Part shown: positions 62,117 through 64,000 of the stretch, one piece after another
Numbering within the stretch: position 1 is the stretch's first letter
Layout: every line of letters begins with the position of its first letter
From: Candidatus Glassbacteria bacterium
GTDB lineage: Bacteria > Gemmatimonadota > CAZMKB01
Length of the DNA: 64,000 bases
Direction: 5' to 3'
NCBI GenBank assembly: GCA_046760905.1
Contig: JBHIFB010000002.1
Span: 18,772 to 82,771 of the forward strand
The notes under the pieces: model-generated
The model's database searches: none
The model's input: the letters and a program-made list of their open reading frames with translations, nothing else
What the model was told of the DNA's origin: nothing
Program-made: the position numbers and the translations under genes

Positions 62117-62171
62117 AAATACAAATAAAACGAAACGTCCATACCCTGTTGGCTGAAAGGAGGTAGCTGAG

Positions 62172-62879
62172 TTGATCAGGAAAGGCAGGAAGGATAACAA
62201 GGAGGATAATGAGAAGAAGGAAATCAGGGTCGTCGAGCACCGATCCTCACAGGGGACGAAGGGAGAGGGGGCAGATGTGCAAAAAGAAGGGGCGGGGTCC
62301 TCGGATGAAAAGACTGCAGAGGAGCAGGTGACATCAGAAAAGACAGCCGATGCTGATTCGAAAGGGGAGACATCCGCAAGCGACCTTCAGGCAAAGGCGG
62401 AAGAGTACCTCAGCCATCTGCAGAGGCTTCAGGCTGAGTTCGAGAATTACAGGAAACGGATGATCAGGGAGCGGGATGAGAGCTGGAGGAGGGCAAGGGG
62501 TGATCTTATCCTTTCATTCATTCCTTTCATAGATGATCTGCGGCGTCTTCTCAGGGCGCCAGTCCAATCGAGTGATACAAAGAAGCTGGTGGAAGGTGTG
62601 GAGCTGATAGAGCGAAATATCATGGATTTCCTGGAAAAAGAGGGCCTCGAAGAGATAGAGGCGCTAGGGAAGACATTCGATCCGACCTTGCACGAGGCTT
62701 TAGAGGTTCAGGTTGTCGATGATGAAAAAAAGGATGGACTAATAGCAGAGGTGCTCATCCGAGGATATAAATACAAGGATGTGCTGCTCAGACCATCTGG
62801 AGTGAAGGTATATAAGTTCGCGAAAAAAGAGGAGCCTGAGGAGGAGAAAAGTGAGGAAGAGGCTTCATCAGATGACTGA
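62172..62879 (+). CDS. grpE: Nucleotide exchange factor GrpE
   Basis: LQRLQAEFENYRKRMIRERDE is the GrpE coiled-coil signature; acidic N-terminal tail. Confidence 0.85.
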   Translation: MIRKGRKDNKEDNEKKEIRVVEHRSSQGTKGEGADVQKEGAGSSDEKTAEEQVTSEKTADADSKGETSASDLQAKAEEYLSHLQRLQAEFENYRKRMIRERDESWRRARGDLILSFIPFIDDLRRLLRAPVQSSDTKKLVEGVELIERNIMDFLEKEGLEEIEALGKTFDPTLHEALEVQVVDDEKKDGLIAEVLIRGYKYKDVLLRPSGVKVYKFAKKEEPEEEKSEEEASSDD

Positions 62880-62924
62880 TTGTCCAATGAGCGACTAATC
62901 CTCTCTCATCAGGGGTGATTGAAT

Positions 62925-64000
62925 TTGACACCGAGAAAAGATTTTTACCAGATACTCGGATTGAATGAAAAGGCCTCCCCGGAAGAAATCAAGAAGGCAT
63001 ACAGGAAGCTCGCAAAAAAATACCATCCGGATTCAAATCCAAACGATCCCCACGTAGCTGAGAGGTTCAAGGAAATATCTGAAGCGTATTCTGTGCTCAG
63101 TGACCCGGAGAAAAGAAAGCAGTATGACTCAATGCGGGCATGGGGGGGAGGTGCCTTCAGGGATTTTACAAGATACCAGCCACCTGATGGGATGGGAGAG
63201 GGATTTCCCTTCAGGGACTTTGGTGATCTGGGGGAGATGTTCAAGTCGTTCTTCTCCTTCGATGATTTCGGCTTTGGCCGGCAACAACCGAAGAAAGGAA
63301 GGGACATACATCTGGAGCTCGAGATCCCTTTCGAGCAGGCCCTGAGGGGAGGAAAGCGCACAATAGCCGTTCCCATCGAAGATGTTTGCGATCGTTGCAA
63401 GGGAACCGGCGCAAAACCCGGTCATAAGGTTGTGAATTGCACGAACTGCGGTGGCAGGGGAAGTGTTTCCTTCATCCAGGGAGCCTTCTCGGTGAACAGG
63501 CCCTGCCCTCGGTGCTATGGCAGGGGAACCATTATTAAAGTCCCGTGCCCTTCGTGCCGGGGCGAGGGTCTTTCGAAAAAAGTGAGAAGGATTGCGGTCA
63601 CTATCCCCGCAGGTATAACAGACGGAAATACAATCCGGATCAGGGGCCAGGGAGGGAAAACTCAGAAAGGTGGAAAACCCGGAGACATATACATCACCTG
63701 CAAAGTCGGAGAGCATCCATTCTACAAGAGGGATGGCATGAACGTTCACTCGGAAATTCAGATCAACATAGCCCAGGCTGCCTTCGGTACGAAAGTGCAG
63801 ATAAAGACCGTTGCCGGCAAAACCGTTGAGCTTAACGTTCCGGCCGGTACCAACAGCGGGACCCGTTTCAGGCTCAAAGGCCAGGGGCTTTTAAAAAACG
63901 GTAGAGCCGGTGATCATTTCGTCACCGTGAAGGTGCTCACCCCGAAACTTGCCAACGGAAGGGAGCGGGAGCTCTTCGAGGCCTTCGCCCGAGAGAAGGG
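62925..64000 (+). CDS. dnaJ: Molecular chaperone DnaJ (partial; runs past the window end); proposed TTG start
   Basis: J-domain [33 protein letters not shown]; four CxxCxGxG repeats ([32 protein letters not shown]). In-frame TGA at 62916 with AGGGG ribosome-binding site at 62911-62915 places the start at TTG 62925. Confidence 0.85.
   Translation, partial: MTPRKDFYQILGLNEKASPEEIKKAYRKLAKKYHPDSNPNDPHVAERFKEISEAYSVLSDPEKRKQYDSMRAWGGGAFRDFTRYQPPDGMGEGFPFRDFGDLGEMFKSFFSFDDFGFGRQQPKKGRDIHLELEIPFEQALRGGKRTIAVPIEDVCDRCKGTGAKPGHKVVNCTNCGGRGSVSFIQGAFSVNRPCPRCYGRGTIIKVPCPSCRGEGLSKKVRRIAVTIPAGITDGNTIRIRGQGGKTQKGGKPGDIYITCKVGEHPFYKRDGMNVHSEIQINIAQAAFGTKVQIKTVAGKTVELNVPAGTNSGTRFRLKGQGLLKNGRAGDHFVTVKVLTPKLANGRERELFEAFAREK

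Overview
Contig from a Gram-negative (diderm) bacterium. It looks like a type IX secretion system (T9SS)-bearing member of the Fibrobacteres-Chlorobi-Bacteroidetes (FCB) group or a related candidate phylum. The basis is a Tol system, LptD, a BamD-like lipoprotein, a T9SS C-terminal sorting domain, a PorV/PorQ-like barrel and a SecA with a zinc-finger tail. Gene density is high and almost every gene can be assigned by eye. No rRNA, tRNA, CRISPR array or mobile element is visible.

Gene order:
- rpmB (L28)
- a 10-gene same-strand envelope block: WbpO/WbpP-like sugar dehydrogenase and epimerase, tolQ-tolR-tolA-tolB-ybgF with pal missing, nrdR, tatC and lptD
- a secreted-protease locus: a thermolysin-like M4 peptidase, a divergent major facilitator superfamily (MFS) transporter, an HU protein, an M6 InhA-like peptidase with FG-GAP repeats and a T9SS C-terminal domain, and a PorV/PorQ-like outer-membrane barrel
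- dinG, hutU, a divergent VTT/DedA-family gene, hutI
- ispB-like polyprenyl synthase, a small membrane protein, tatA, ppiD (minus strand)
- a TPR gene followed by efp
- accB, a terminator, pilT and then accC, with an orphan PilT ATPase translationally coupled to accC
- ftsK
- a carbamoyltransferase with SxtJ-like and DUF5989 small membrane partners, then a LolA-like gene
- rimO, an orphan MotA/TolQ/ExbB (minus strand), three TPR proteins including one BamD-like, nadD, secA
- a minus-strand block: cysK with an 8-Cys C-terminal tail, two tandem resistance-nodulation-division (RND) efflux pumps and a membrane-fusion protein with no outer-membrane factor
- dcd, ligA, hsp20, grpE and dnaJ (partial)

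No obvious complete novel system is visible. The candidates most worth follow-up are the carbamoyltransferase/SxtJ/DUF5989 triad, the pilT insertion in the acc operon, the T9SS cargo-barrel pair, the Cys-rich CysK tail, the DinG N-terminal extension and several palindromic operator-like sites.
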